DNA of 61,603 nucleotides, the filler included, from Basidioascus undulatus (lineage: Eukaryota): NCBI GenBank assembly GCA_000826855.1. It is 6 parts of 6 records of this genome, joined end to end, with 100 filler letters (N's around TTAATTAATTAA, not from the genome) between each part and the next. Parts side by side here need not be neighbours in the genome. Positions count along the whole stretch, not along the records: positions 20,597 to 30,787 come from JTLS01001166.1; positions 30,888 to 41,046 come from JTLS01001168.1; 4 more parts are not named here. One strand, given 5' to 3'. Positions within the stretch are counted from its first letter, which is position 1. Every line of letters starts with the position of its first letter. The translations under genes were made by a program, and so were the position numbers. Shown here in pieces: positions 23,570 to 37,242 of this stretch. A model generated the notes under the pieces. That model had not been told where the DNA came from. It saw nothing but the letters and a program-made list of their open reading frames with translations, and did not search any database.

Positions 23570-26500
23570 TCACGCCCAAGGGACTAGCACGGACCTTGAA
23601 GATCTCGAGTACTCTCCGATGATAGGCGTTGTAAGCAGGCTGTAGCTCGGGCGGAGAATGGTAGTTACTTCTTGGCCTCGACTTCCGGGTCGAACGGAAC
23701 TCCGTGGATGCGCAGGGCTGTTAGGAACAGAAAATGAGTCGATGGGCGCAGAGCAAAGGGGGGGATCGGCGCACTCTTCAGCTCGGTCTGGGCAAAACGC
23801 GAAATTTGTCCGACATTTGAACGCATCAGGCCATGAAGCTTGTGGAACGACCAATGCATACGTCGTTGGCGATACGCTCTAGAGCTCTAGAGCATTGGTG
23901 AATGCTCGACAGGGCATCCAGGTCTTGAGTAGCTCGTCGATGAGGTTCTGCGTCGGATGGAACGGAACGCCGTTCTGCAAGCAGAAGGAGAGCCTCTCGT
24001 GAAGTTGATTAAAGTTCTGCAAGATCCTGATGTGAGCAGCTCGTTAACTTGTTACGCATGCGGCTGCCTTACGGAAGCGACGAGCTCGCTGTTCTCCAGC
24101 ACACCGCTGATCAGGTTGCGGATCTCGTGGCTCGTGACGTCTGTGAAGAGGCACTGGTATCAGCTTCTACAAGGCAAACGATGCAAAGCAAGAAGCATGC
24201 GCATATAAATCAGGTGCTCTTGCGAACGCTTCTGCTCCTCGACCTGTCTCCGGCGTTCCTCGGCCTCCTCAGCGCGTCTGCGCAGGTCCGCCTCCTTGAT
24301 CGCCAACCCCTTCTGCTCGGCCACCTCCAGAGCTTTCCGGTCCGAGACGTCGAGCAAAGAGCCCAGCCTTTCGTTCAGTGAGCCAGATAAGCACGGGAAG
24401 GGGTGGCCGAATAGGGAAGATACTCGCATGATGTCGAGGTCCGGCATGACCTCGATTTGTGCCCAACACCAGCGCCCATCTAAACGGCAGAAAGATGAGC
24501 TCGTTCATTCTTTCAAATTCATGGACTGATTACGCACCCGCAAGTCGGAACTCGCGTACGCTACCTTGTTGAGACTGGATCGCCGAGTTCCACATGCCCA
24601 CTGTCAAGCAACAAACTTATCAGAGGACTTCAAACGCCCAATAAGACTCGGCATCGTCTCAATCGGAACGTGTCGGTCTTCTTCATGAAAGTAGGCCGGC
24701 CAGTCGTCGGGCTTCATCTCGGGAGGTGCTCCGATAACCTGAAGGAGCGATTGAGCACCGCCGCGTTCTCGTGAAGCAGGTAATGAAATCTTACGCAGAA
24801 GTGGGCTTCGTTCCGGGTAAATGACGTGCCCGGTCGAGAGCTGAGCGCGGAAAATACCGATGGAAGACGCGTCGGTCACTGTGGTGGAGTGCACGGGTCA
24901 AAAGCTGGCCTTCGTCCGCTTGCAAAGTTTCATACGCACTCATGCGATACTCCAGCGTCCACTCGTTGAGCGATTTTTCTAATTCTATGCGCTTCTTGCC
25001 AAATGAGACTGCGTCACATCGACCAAACCGTCACTGATCGAGGGACAGCAAGTGTTGAAAGCCGAAGTGACAAACTGTGGGTATACGCCCGAGCAATAAG
25101 CTCGCGGGTAGAGAAGGCTGTAGAGTTGTTAAGTTGTTAGCTAAGGAGACCAATGATGAGAATAAGGTCAACATACGCTTGGACAAGTAGTCGTCGGCTC
25201 CCGCCAACAGACCATCGACGCTGCTGTCGGCGCCCGCTCGAGCAGTGAGGACTGCAATTGCGTGTCAGTACTGCCGAGGCTTGGCCCGAATAGCTGGACT
25301 GCTCACGAATGATGGGGAGAAAGTCGAGGTCGGGACGAGACCGCAGGGCGGCAACGAGTTCGAAGCCGGTCAGCTTCGGCGTCATGACGTCCGAGATGAT
25401 GAGGTTCGGTCTTCGGCTGATGGCGATATCGACTGTGCGGGTTCGCTGTGTGTAAGCTTATGCCGATAGCGTGACGCGAACTTTTCGTTGCGTACGGCCT
25501 TCTTGACCGTCTTCGCTTCGACGACCTTGTAGAATGGCCCGATGACAGCGCCTATTCCGTGCCGTCCGAGGTCAAGATGTGGTCAAGAAATCCTTCAACA
25601 GTCAAGTACATACGAAGGTATGAGCGCATGTCGGCGTTGTCGTCCACGATCAAGACCAGATCGCTATGGACCCAGTCACGTCAGCGCACTGCTGCGAACG
25701 GCTCAATCCCACAAACTCACGTCTTTTCGAATCCGAGTGAGTCTGGCAAATGGCACGTCAGCCTGTAACTCCACTTTTAAACGCTTTCCGGGCAAAGGCG
25801 TACGCTCCCAGGCGAGTTCCGAGGAAGACCCCCACGAGCTCTCCGAAGACGAGATCAACTCCGGCTCGTCCGCGCCCACCCAGCGCTACGAGCCCATAGA
25901 GCCTCAACATAGTTCACTTTGCTGGTGCTGGCGGAAGGGTAGCTTTACCTTCGCCTCGGCGACGATGCCTTGCACGAAGCTGTTGTCGCGCTGCGCGAAG
26001 TCCTGGTTGACCATTGCGCAACTATCAGTAAGGCGCATTCCGATCAGCGGTGAAGACGAATCTCAATCGAGAACGTGTCCGCCGTGAGGCCGCGCATGGC
26101 AATATCCGGCGGCACCATGGTCAGTCGGACCGCGAACGAAGCTATCGCGCCGCACTGTATCCGGGATCAGAACACCATACAACCTTCCAGAGCGAGAAGA
26201 CGCTCACAGCCGTGCTTGCCCGAGCCGTCCCATGACGAGTCAAAGTTGCTCGTGACCTTGATCGTGCCGCCGAGGAGGCGGATGAGCTCCTGCGTGAACG
26301 AGAGGCTGATGCCGCTGCCCTCGTACGACCGCCCGACAGAGTCCACGACGCGGTGGAAGCGGTCGAAGATCTTTGGGAGCTCGGAGGGCGGGATGCCGAT
26401 GCCCGTGTCGGACACGTTGAAGATGATGTCTTGGTCGACCAGGGTAAGGGACACTGTGAGGCGTGTACATGTTAAAACTTCAACATCAAGAGTCGAGAAA

Positions 26501-28720
26501 AGCGTGAGCGCCTCCTAGCAAGATATACACCTTGAACGGGTTGCCGAGAAGGTTGAACATTGCACAACGCACAGCGTTAGCTGTCTTTCGGCATGGACAT
26601 AGAACAGAAGGTAGGTCGAACCGATCTTCTTCCAACAGTCCGCGCCGAGCCAAGCTATCGTTGGTCGGTTGTTCGCGGCTCGTCGCATTCCACCACATAC
26701 TTGATCTTGCCGCTCTGTATCGCTCAAACTCACAAGTGAGCTTTGTGCATGCCCAGCATTGCGGACTGATCCCCACCTCGATAGCGGAACGGCTGTGGGA
26801 ATGAAGATTGATATGAGCACGAGTTCGTATAGGACTACGCCAGCATCATACACACAAGAGCGCCGCGAGATCCGAAGTGAATGAGAAGATCGGCAATGGG
26901 CGGAGGTTAGCCTTCATGCGTCCGGCCTGTCCGCCCCCAAGGTTCAGCATTATGGGCTTTCCCGAAAAAGCGGCCGGCGACGCACCTCCACGCTTGAGAA
27001 GTCCAACAGGGAGTTGACGAGTCTGTGAAGGCGGTTCGCATTGCGCTGGACGAGGCGCAGCCTGTCGCGAGCAGCTTTCGGGAGGTCCGGGTCGCCCAGG
27101 GAGTTCTCCAGCGGGCCCTTGATGAGCGTGAGGGGCGTGCTGGGTTCCCGAAGCGCGAGGTAAGCTACAAAAGATGTTCATGGAAGAGTAGAGGGAAGAC
27201 AGCGACGTACCGAAGCTCGTGCGAGACGTCGGAGAAGAACGCAGTCTTGGACCGGTCCAGCGCAGAGAGCTCCTCGGCACGCTTGACGGTGGACTCGTAC
27301 GAGAGCGTTGCAGCCAAGCTAGACGCGAGCTCTGCATCCATCTCAGCAAGCCCGAATCAGTTCTCATTCCCGACTCTCTCAGGCACAAACCTTCCCCAAC
27401 TCAGGGAGAGTCAGCACGTCCAACCACGTCCTCGTGTCGGCGTCGTACGGCCTGATGGGGAGGACGAGCAAGCCTTGGGCGACGCCCTCGCAGTTCTCGC
27501 TGGCATGGATGGGGAGCACGACCACGCTCCGGAGCTTCGCGGTGTCCGCGAACCCGCGCGGCTCGAACCCCTTGACGAGCACACCTAGCGAGTGTCGCAC
27601 GACGAGCTCGTGCGTGGACGTGCACTGCGAGAGGCCGAAGGGGTCGAAGAACGCTTGGAGCGGGGAGGTCTGCGTCGGGGTGGTGGGACTGAGGGGGGAG
27701 TCGTAGTGCGTATTAGTCTCCGCTTGTGCCTTTCACAGGCAGGAGGAGAAGCAACGCACTGTCACGAAGGAATCCCTATCGTGCCCTGCAACTTGAGGCC
27801 CATCCTTCCATCGCCCGTGCCGCCCAGCTCAAGCCTTGACGAACTCGTGCTGGGCGTCGTCGCTGGGCGTCCCAGCCGTGGTCGTCCCCTCCATGCTGGC
27901 ATTGAGCTGCGCGCCGGCGGTGGTGCACGCTGTAGAGGAGCGCGAACGGGATGTCCTTGTCGTTGATAGAGAGACCTTTGAGGCTGTTCAAGCAGGGGCG
28001 GACAGTCATTCTTGAACTGCTGAGAATGCCATGATGAGAATGGAACGAAGGCGCACACGCTGCTGTAGTACTCCGCCATGGTATGCGCGAGCGCGCTCCG
28101 GCCGAGTTGGCGGAGGGTGAGGAGCCGACGCTCGCCGATGATGCGCTGGGTGTCTCGACGTCTGCTCGGTGTATCAGGCATCAGCCCGCTGTCGCACGGA
28201 AACGTTCGGGGATGGCATAAGCACAACGCACCTAGGTTGAACGCGGCCCCCATTCGCCCGTCGTTGTAGTAGATGGGCGACCATGCCCAACTGTGGTACG
28301 TCTCCCTGCACAAAACAAGACCTGTGCGTCAGATCACAAAGCTTAGGTAGTGTATCAGCAAGCTGGAGCTTGAGACGTACTCCACTTCGCCATTTCGAGT
28401 CATGCTCTACCCAGGGGAAAGGAAAAATTAGTATCCCCGGTAGCCGGTATATGCCTGAGTATCACGCACAAAAGCAAGTCTGTGGACAAAGACTTACCAA
28501 CCAATTCCATGTACCTCAAGACCTTGTCCAACAAGGGGCCGAGGTAATCCTGGAAATTAAAGGGTTGGCTGAGCCAGCTTGACCGGTGGAAAGGTAGTAA
28601 GAGACGTACCCAAAGCTCGGACCACCCGACTGCACCGCTCTTGCCGAACATCCACGGATGTCTGCAGGCCGAGACCCTGTTGTGCAGGTAGCGCACAATC
28701 AACATACGCTCTCATAAGTT
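23570..28720 (-). pseudogene. Dual hybrid histidine kinase (sensor/GAF-HisKA-HATPase-REC-PAS-HisKA), appears degraded
   Basis: HPWMFGKSGAVGWSELW, ETYHSWAWSPIY, H-box KTAFFSDVSHELR, N-box MFNLLGN, G-boxes VSDTGIGIP and EGSGISL, REC VLIVDDNADMR and IISDVMTPKLTG and GADDYL, second H-box VTSHEIRN. The pieces do not join cleanly and the second kinase fades out. Confidence 0.8.
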
Positions 28721-29618
28721 GTTAGGTAATTAGACTGGGGTGAAGCGCACACGGAGGGCGGGGACTGCATTAGGAGGAGGAACGGGAACGCAGCGGACGA
28801 GGAGGAGGCTCTGCGCGTGCGGATGGAGGGTCGCGGCTGGGAGGACGGCGCCGAGGGCGGGGGGCGCAGCCGCTAGGAGTTGGCTATTGCGGAAAAGAGC
28901 AGCGGCCGGGGCGGAGAGGCGGGGGAGGAGGAAGAGGAGGAGGAGGGGGAAGAGCTGCTGCTGAGGCCGAGCGCAGTCTGCCTGCCTGTTTCAACTCCGG
29001 ACGATCTCTCCCGCCGCCAACCCTGTGAAAACCTGTCACCGGCGGACTGTCAGGAATGTCAAGATGCGAACTTGTGCGATTCCAGTCAGTGCGTATTGTT
29101 CCGAACGGCGCAGTTCCGGCACCCGAATGGGCTCTGAAATTTCGTAGAGGCAGCGTTCGGCAGTTGCAACTCGCAGCCTGCTTTTACAAACTCACTGAGA
29201 TCATCTATCGCCCGGTCGTGGGTGGCTTCCATACGATAACAGCAGCATAATGACGCGCCGGATAGCGATTAAAGGGCTTTCACCGCCAAAAAGGACTCGA
29301 ACTCGGCATGAAGAAGAGGCTGTAGAACATCGCCGGAAGAGAGCGCGCAGGGAAGGCCCAAACCGCGAGGAGAAGGCGTGGACGTTGAGTCGACGATCGT
29401 TGATAACAGGCCGCTGACGTCGGTTGCCCCTGCCACGAGCTTATTTCGCCTCGGCTTGATGCATCCGTGCTAGCGTTGTTTGGCGATGTTCAACGCCGTC
29501 GCGGAGGGAAGACGCATTCTCGTGAGCGCGAGAAGACCCTTCCCAACCCCTTGCTGTCTTTCTTCACCATCCAACGTCCCACAAACTTTTCAGTCTTCCC
29601 CAGAGCAGCCCATCAGTC

Positions 29619-30787
29619 ATGGCATCCTCCTCCTCGTCGCGCCCTGCCCCGTCCTCCCCGCCGCCAGCGAAGCGCACAAAGCCGTCCCCAGACGACGAAG
29701 CGGACCTCGCCGCGCTCTTCGCGCCCTCGCTTCTTTCCGCCGAGATCGCCAACACGTTTGCGGAGGCGTACAGGAACTCGGAGCCGTACAAGCATGCGAT
29801 TGTGCCGCAGTTGTTTGATGAGAAGTTCTTGCTCCAGGCGAGGGAGGAGATCATGCGCATCTCGTTTAGGGAGAAGGAGACGGACATATACAAGGTGCGC
29901 TCCCTCTCCCCGTCTTAACCAGGGCTTGGTGTTTAAAGAGAGGCGCGTACGACATATGTGTCTGGCGTGAACAGATCTCGCAAACAGGCGACCTCTCCAA
30001 CATCCACCTCCTCCCCGCCGACGAGCTCGCGCAACTCCCCACGCTCCTCCGCCTCCGCAACGCGCTCTACTCCTCCGCGTTCCGCTCCTTCGTCCGCACC
30101 GTCACGGGCTGCGGTCCACTGAGTGGTGTCAAGACCGACATGAGCTGCGCCAACTACGGGCCCGGATGCCGTTGCGTCTTTCTCCTCCGCCCTCCTTCTC
30201 TTCCACTCCCACTCACCCCTTCCCCTCTGCACCCCACAGACCTCCTCAATCACGACGACGTAATTGGCACGCGTCGTGTCTCCTTCATCCTGTACCTCCC
30301 GACTCCCACGCCAGCCTGGGACCCGTCGCACGGGGGTGCGCTCGAGCTATACCCGCTCGCCGTGCCGGCGACGGACCCGCCCACGCCCGCGGCGAAGCCG
30401 ACGAAGTCCGTCCCGCCGTCGTTCAACCAGTTCGCGTTCTTCGAGGTCCAGCCGGGCAGGAGCTTCCACTCAGTCGAGGAGGTCGTCTTCTGGCCAGACA
30501 AGGAGGCGCCCGAGAAGGGCGGGCCCGGGCAGCGCATTAGCTTGAGCGGGTGGTTCCATTGGCCGGTGGAGAGCGAGGAGGAGTATGAGGGACCGCAGAA
30601 GGAGAGGGAGAAGAGCTCGTTGGAACAGCTGGTGCGTTGCGAGGTCTTTCCCTTGCCCCCTCCCTCGCGTTCTTGCCCCTTTCTTCCCTCTTGGAACCAA
30701 ATGCTGAACAAAACGGACATCAAACAGTATGCCACCGCCCTGAAGCCCATCATCCCCTACCCCACCCCACCGCCGCTCCCCCGGCGT
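29619..30787 (+). CDS. TPA1: Prolyl 3,4-dihydroxylase TPA1/OFD1/OGFOD1 (uS12 hydroxylase), 3' end cut by contig end
   Basis: PYKHA, KETDIYKISQTGDL, LRNALYS, VTGCGPLSG, HLLNHDDVIGTRRVSFILYL, GGALELYP, SFHSVEEV, RISLSGWFH. Confidence 0.95.
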
Positions 30788-30887
30788 NNNNNNNNNNNNN
30801 NNNNNNNNNNNNNNNNNNNNNNNNNNNNNNNTTAATTAATTAANNNNNNNNNNNNNNNNNNNNNNNNNNNNNNNNNNNNNNNNNNNN

Positions 30888-32754
30888 CCGTCCTCCGCTC
30901 AAGCACCTCCCTGACCTTCTCCGCAATACCGACCTTGCCCCTCCGCCTGCGCTCAAAGAAGCGCACGACCTCGTCGGCCGTGACGGCGCTGCCGCCGCTC
31001 GCGGGGTGGTTCCCGCGCACGTACGCCTCGATCTCCGCCTCGGCGGGGAGCGCATACGTCGCCGGGTGCGGGACCGACGGCTTGCGGTCTTTCGGCAGGT
31101 TCAGCGGACCGGACTTCGGCGGGCCGTCGAAGAAGGCGGAGCGGATCGTCGAGGAGGGGACCTCGGACACCGTCGACGGCTGCCATGCGGGCCGGCCCTT
31201 CGACCGCTCGACCAGAAGCGCCGTCACGCCCGTCTTGAAGTCGGGGGTCGCCTCCTTGCGCTGTTGGAGCACCGTAAGGTTAAATTAGCATCGGCAACAG
31301 AAAGCGACCGGAGTGGAAAATGAACGCACAACGAAACCCTCCGCGAACCGGAACTCCTGCTGGAGCGCCTCGCCGACGTCGCGCATGTTCCTGCCCCTGC
31401 GCACGCTCTCCAGCGCGACCTTCAAGCTCGTCGGGCTGCGGAGCTCGAGCGTCTCGCGCGTCTCATTCGCCCACTTTGCGACCTCCGGCTGGCTCTCGTT
31501 CTTCGCCAGCTCCTCCAGCGCGGCAAAGATCTCCTCGACGGAGCGCCGCGAGAAGGCGCTATCGAGCGCGGCGCGCACGGGCCCGGCGAAGGGCGAGGAG
31601 GAGCGCGGGAGAGGCGCGGTAGCGAACTCGTCGAGCGCGTCGGAGAGGGCGGGCAGGGACGGCGAGCCGGGGAAGTCGGAGATGCGCGAGAGGAGGGAGG
31701 GCAGGAGCTGCGCAGAGACGTGGTGCGTGGAGAGGCCGAGGTGGCTGTGGGAAGGATAGGTTAGGGAAGGGTGCTTGGCGAAAAGAGGGGAAGCCATGGA
31801 CGCACTAGACGTCGGCGCCAGAGACAGTGTTGGACGTCAGGGCGAGGTAAGTCCCGATTTCGCCGTCGAGGCGCGAGAGGTAGTACGTCGCGCCGACGTC
31901 GGGCGAGTAGCCAATCTTGGTCTCGGGGAAGGCAAAGACGGTGTTGTCCGTGGAGACACGCAGAGGCGCAGGCAAAGAGAGACCGGCACCGCCGCCCACT
32001 GCAGGGTGTCGGGGGAAGGCTGGCATCAGAGGATGAAATAGACGTAGAGTAAAAGGGAGAGGGACGCACTGACGAAACCGTCGATGACCGCGACGTAGGG
32101 CTTCTCGAGCGTGGAGAGCTGGTAGTCAAGCTCGAACTCGTTCCGGAAGTAGTTGGTGCCGAAGGAAGGGTCGTCCTTGACGGCGATGGCTGTTGCGCGT
32201 CGACATGTTCTTCAGCACACCCACACGCAAATTCGCAAGCAAAACGAAATGCTCAGACGCACCCTTGACGTCTCCCCCAGCGCAGTAGGCCTTCCCAGCT
32301 CCGGCAGAGACGATGACGCTCGTGCTGGGCGATTTCTCCCAGGCCTGTTGAAGGATCCCCCGTACTCCTTCAGCTCGGCGGCTCAGTCGATTGATTATGA
32401 CAAGCACACCTCAAGCTTGGGCTTGATGAGGTCAATCATCTCCCCGTCCAAGGCGTTAAGGGCCTTTGGCCGGTTGAGAGTGAACGTCCGGAGCCCGACA
32501 TTCTCGGTAAAGAGTACGGGGGCCTGTTGTTCACGATCCACCTAGCCCCGCATCAGCACCCATCCTCCCTCCCTCTCTCTTCCTGTGTGAGCTCGGCGTG
32601 GACGCACGGAGTTCTGCGTCTCGCCCAGGAGCTCCTTGGTGCTCTTCTGGGAGGGCGCGGTGGTCGAGAGTTGCTTGGCGAGCATGTTGAGCCTGGAGGA
32701 GGGCGGGGCCATGGTGCGGGAGGAGCGGAGGAGGGGTACGGCGGCGGGGCGCAT
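30888..32754 (-). CDS. EHD3: 3-hydroxyisobutyryl-CoA hydrolase, mitochondrial (crotonase fold); last codons cut by contig end
   Basis: Mitochondrial presequence, [66 protein letters not shown]. Confidence 0.93.
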
Positions 32755-34449
32755 GGCGGTTGAGGACAAGGAGCTCTCAGAGGAGCGATCGAATGGCAGT
32801 CGTGGGCGGTGAGCAGTCTAACAGACTCGGGACTCCGGCTGCGATGATGCCGAAGGGGAAATCGGGAGGAGCGAGAAGGCGCAGGCGAACCGGAATTCTG
32901 CGGTGCAATGCCAAACAAATGTAATTCGTCAAGGTCCCTCAGACCTTCTGAGACGAGTTTGAAAGGGTCTTTGAATGTTTATGGGATCGGGCACATGGAT
33001 ATTTCATGTTCCTGGGCTGAATATGGCAGCCAGAAATCCGCACTTCGAAGAGCGCTGCTCCGTGCCTCTGGAGTCTGGTCCTCTCGCGACCCATGGTTCG
33101 ACCCCTTTGACATCTCTTCCGACAGTTCTGCCTATCTAAAAGGTTAAAGAAGTGGGGGGTATCTGAAGTGCGGATCTGTGCAAGTTCATCTTGAAGCACT
33201 GTCGGGGCTGCGTCCCTTGAAGACGTCTCAGATCTTCAGGCGTCTGTGTGCGTACACTGTAGCTAACCCTGTTTGATACAATATTTGGGCAGGAAATTCA
33301 TTTTAAGACTGGGACATTTCCGGCCTGGCAATACTTTTCCGCTCGGTAGTGAACTGCTGTAGAGGTTAGCCTTTAGGTACAGACGTGGAGAGACAGTCGT
33401 TTTGAGTATGAAACCTATGTCCGTAGTGTGAGGCAAATTTCTCGACTTCAGAGAGACCACGAAAAGTCTACTCCACTAACGAGGGCTGCATGGTTTGGCG
33501 TGGTGGACTGGGAGGGATGCGCAACGGTCTTCCCCTTGCGAGAGCCTGAAAAGGTACATCAAGAACCATCCACTACAACACCTAAATTTTTAAACCCCAT
33601 CCTTCCGAGTCAGAGGATGTAATCTGTGCTGTCCTTGTCCGCCGGGGCTGATGGCAACGTGAAACGAGCATCATACACGGCAGGAGATGTCTGCCTGGGT
33701 CAATGTTAAAAAATTGTTTGTATGATATACTTTCTTTAGCTGGTATTATCACAGTGGGGAGAGGGGGCCGATGACTCTGTGTGCTCACAGCAAAAGAGCA
33801 CCGGCCAGCGCAGCGCTTCAACCTTCAACTGCCTGCCCATCGTGCTCGGGCTCCGGCTCGGAGCGGAGACTGGGTTCTATCAAAATCAGACTTTCTTTGC
33901 GTCCCAACAACTCCACCTCGCCGACGAGGACCCGGAACTTTCTTGTGAAGGGACATGTCGGCCAACCTGAGTGCATTCTTGTCACTGAAACAGCGGAATA
34001 CGTCCACGGGTTACTTGTCCAACAAGAAAGGACCAGATTTCGCCTTACAATGATACATACGTGTGCTTTTATTTTCCCCTATGCAGTCGACTTTCTAAGG
34101 AAGAAAAGGAGGGATGCGACTTGAGAGAACCAAGAGGTCAATTAAATGGTGGCGGAATACAGCGTATCGCCCAGCTGAAATAACTTCTGGCTGGTACTTT
34201 TCGGATTATTACAAACAATTTTAACTGAATGTGATATTCTACATAACATACACCCTCAAAGGACGGATAACATAGAGCTTTCGCGTTGCTCATCCGAATG
34301 AGGGTAAAAACGACCTGGGGCCTGGCTTGCGAAGTCTTAAAGAGTACGACATGGCCAAAAATATCTCTGATCCAGATAACTTAGATGCAAGGACAAGAAC
34401 ACAATACGACTAACAAGCGAGTCCATGTCGTTCTTGCCGGCGAATGCTC

Positions 34450-35393
34450 TAGTCAGCTGCTCTTGCGCTTTTGCACCTCTCCAGATGTCAATCATTGTCT
34501 GAGACCTAGTTCTGAAAGCAAGTCTGGCAGCTGCCTGCTACCGCGTGGGTCTTGGTCGCCTAGAAGCAGCATATTCATATTCCGGTAAGACGAGAAGGAC
34601 GACCTTGGCGAACGTTTGAGGAGGGAGCAGTGCTTCGACTTTATCCAGGAAGTTGGCCCTGATAGCTTGCGTATCGGTGCCGGGTGCCAGCTTGCTCGAC
34701 TGAACCCCAATATGACCTTCTGAAAGGTGGGAGAAAGCGTTACAAGCCTACAGAGCTCCTGGGCATCCTCATGGTCGAAATAAGTACAAGTTCTCATAGC
34801 GAGATGTGTGAAGCTCGGCATGGGCAGGGGCCAGTCGACGTCGCGAGCGAGAGGACAGCGAGGTGTTTGATGTTCCTCAAAGTCTCAGAGAATTCTGGAT
34901 CCCTATCCATCCTACGCCACAGGCTCGCGTGCACCTCGAGCGCCGGATGAACACCCCAGCGCGAAAGCAGGTTGGGGTCCGAGCAGGGGCGCCTGAGAGA
35001 GGGCATCTGTGACAGCAGCTTGAGGACCTTTTGGTACCCTGCCGGGAGGAATAACTCTTCCCTTGCAAGATGCACCGCCCACACGTTGAAATTGAGCGGG
35101 AGCGAATCAACTAGAGCGATGAGGTCGGGGCGGACTTGTGCAATGCGAAGGATCTGCGTGACCTGCCTCAGGTCGAGTCCCCCGTGCTGGTCCTCTTCCT
35201 TGCTTGAATCTGGTTCCTTGCCCGACAGCCTAACTGAAGCGTAGAGCGTAGTGACCGCGTTGAAAGAGCGCGAAACCAAGCAGAGCGAGGCAAGGGTTGC
35301 CGAGTCGCGAGCGTAGCCGAGCGGGTGCCATGGGGCGCCTGCCTCCTCAATGATAAGCTTGTGAATCTCGACCGGGAGACGTGGGTTGGACAT
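34450..35393 (-). pseudogene. F-box-like protein, frameshifted
   Basis: MSNPRLPVEIHKLII...TLASLCLVSRSFN...LYASVRL is a typical basidiomycete F-box-like start. The frame changes near 34820. Confidence 0.65.
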
Positions 35394-37242
35394 GACCGGA
35401 CCAGGGAGAAGAGGGTAAATTTGAAACAGCTCGTGGTTGATAGCTCGAGAGCGAGCACGAAGCAAGCCGTGAACGATGGTGTGTGTGTGTGTGTTTGAAA
35501 GAGGAAATGAGAGCCTGGCTCCTGCACTCTCTTACCCGCAAAGCCCCATTAAGCAACCTACGAGAGGACCCTACAACCACTGTCCCCCAGCCCACACGGG
35601 GAGTGGCTTCGGGATTTGGCTAGGCCGTTAGCCGACGTACGGGGTGAGCACTGCTCTCGGCATGACCCGGAGAAGCAGCTTACCCCGTACCCCGACTTCA
35701 CAGTCCCTGCGGACAGCTGTCGAGGAAGAGAAAAAAGAAAGAAAAAGTTGGTCAGTGCTCTCCCCCTCTCCCCATCTCCCCTGTGTATGATCCCCTTCCC
35801 CCGTTGTCCCCTCCTCTGTTCCAGAGTCTGCATGGCCTTCCGCATATTCCCAGTGTCCCCAATGTCCCTGCTACAGCTACAGAAGAACTCTGTGTAGCTA
35901 CCGCAGATCTTTGGGTGTCTGGTTTGTTAGAGCTTCAGAGTACGGGTGGCAGCCCGTAAGGCGCAGGCGTTTGTCTCTGCTCTGCTGCTTTCGTGTTTGG
36001 CTTTGAATCCGCCGCTTCTGGTCATCAAGCGGGGAATACTATCATAGTCTCTGCGCTTGCGCCCAAGCTTGCACCTTGCACCAGCAGTGTGGACTGTGTG
36101 GACTGTCGCAGTGAGATGCGGTTCTTGGTCTCCACTCAGTGGTTTGGGTTACACCGCTTCTGGCAGGTGAATATGGTCGTGGTAAGTAAAAAGGAGAGGA
36201 AAATGCGTAAGGGGGCTTTAGATAAGGGCGCGGTCGCTCATCAGATGACCAAACACAAGACGGCGGAAGACGACGGAACGAGATGCAAGATTAACCTTCT
36301 GTAACACTGTGCCCTGTCGATGGAAAGTGCCGGTCAACTGGCAATGGCGTAGGCAAACGTAATAGGCCTTCCAATATTTTTGTCGTATCTACTACTACGA
36401 AGGATAATATGCTCATGGAGGCAAGATCCGAATGTGGCAATCAAAGAACAAGCTACCAAAGGCCCGGGATGCGGACGGGAAAGCGAAAAGACTGCTTCCC
36501 GCTGATTGTCGCCACGAGCGTGCAAGAGATGGTCATCCAAACAGTCTCATAGTCCATAGTTTTGTGGTTCGTGAGTGTTTCGCGCCCTGCTCGTCTCTCG
36601 CTGTATGCACGCATGCAACCGACACCACCAAGTGCAACTTCCAGACGAGCCCGCACAGTCTCCGCCGCTCCCTTCTGGATCGTAGCCGGTGACACAATAT
36701 ACACAAGGGTTGCCCTTGGGAAACTCCCAGGCATTTCTAGACAACTTTTGTGTAAATGTGATGCGTGTGACGTTGACGGTGCGCTGCCTCCAGCGATGTG
36801 TTGGTCGATAGCGCATACTTTGGAGACTTCTACCTGGAAGCCACAACAAGAGCTCAGCAATGACACATCAAGGTAATAAAGTTCTGAACGGTACGTGTGC
36901 TTAAAAGAACTACAACAGTCAAGCTGAGGCAGGGGGTTTGACGGCGCTAAGTAGCGGACGCTGCGTTCTTTGGGGCTGTGGGTGATCTGCACAAAGTGTT
37001 TTCTTAAGGCACTAACTCTCAGTCCACCTCCCTCTTTGAAATTATATAATGGAACCTCACAATGAAATAAGCATCCCCGTGTGCACAGCGAGGAGCTCTG
37101 ACGTGGCATGGAAGAACAACGCCTGCAGCGTTCTCATTGCGTTCGGTGTTTGCCTCACCTTTCAGTCCACACTGAACCGACCTCATCTTGTCTTGCTCAC
37201 CGCTCCAATTCACTCCAAGATATTGATCCGTCCAGGTTCATC

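Noticed and set aside
35531..35960. TACGGG/CCCGTA motifs and a hairpin at 35941-35958 as a hAT or Helitron end
   Set aside because: No matching terminal inverted repeats, TSD or CTRR terminus could be established.
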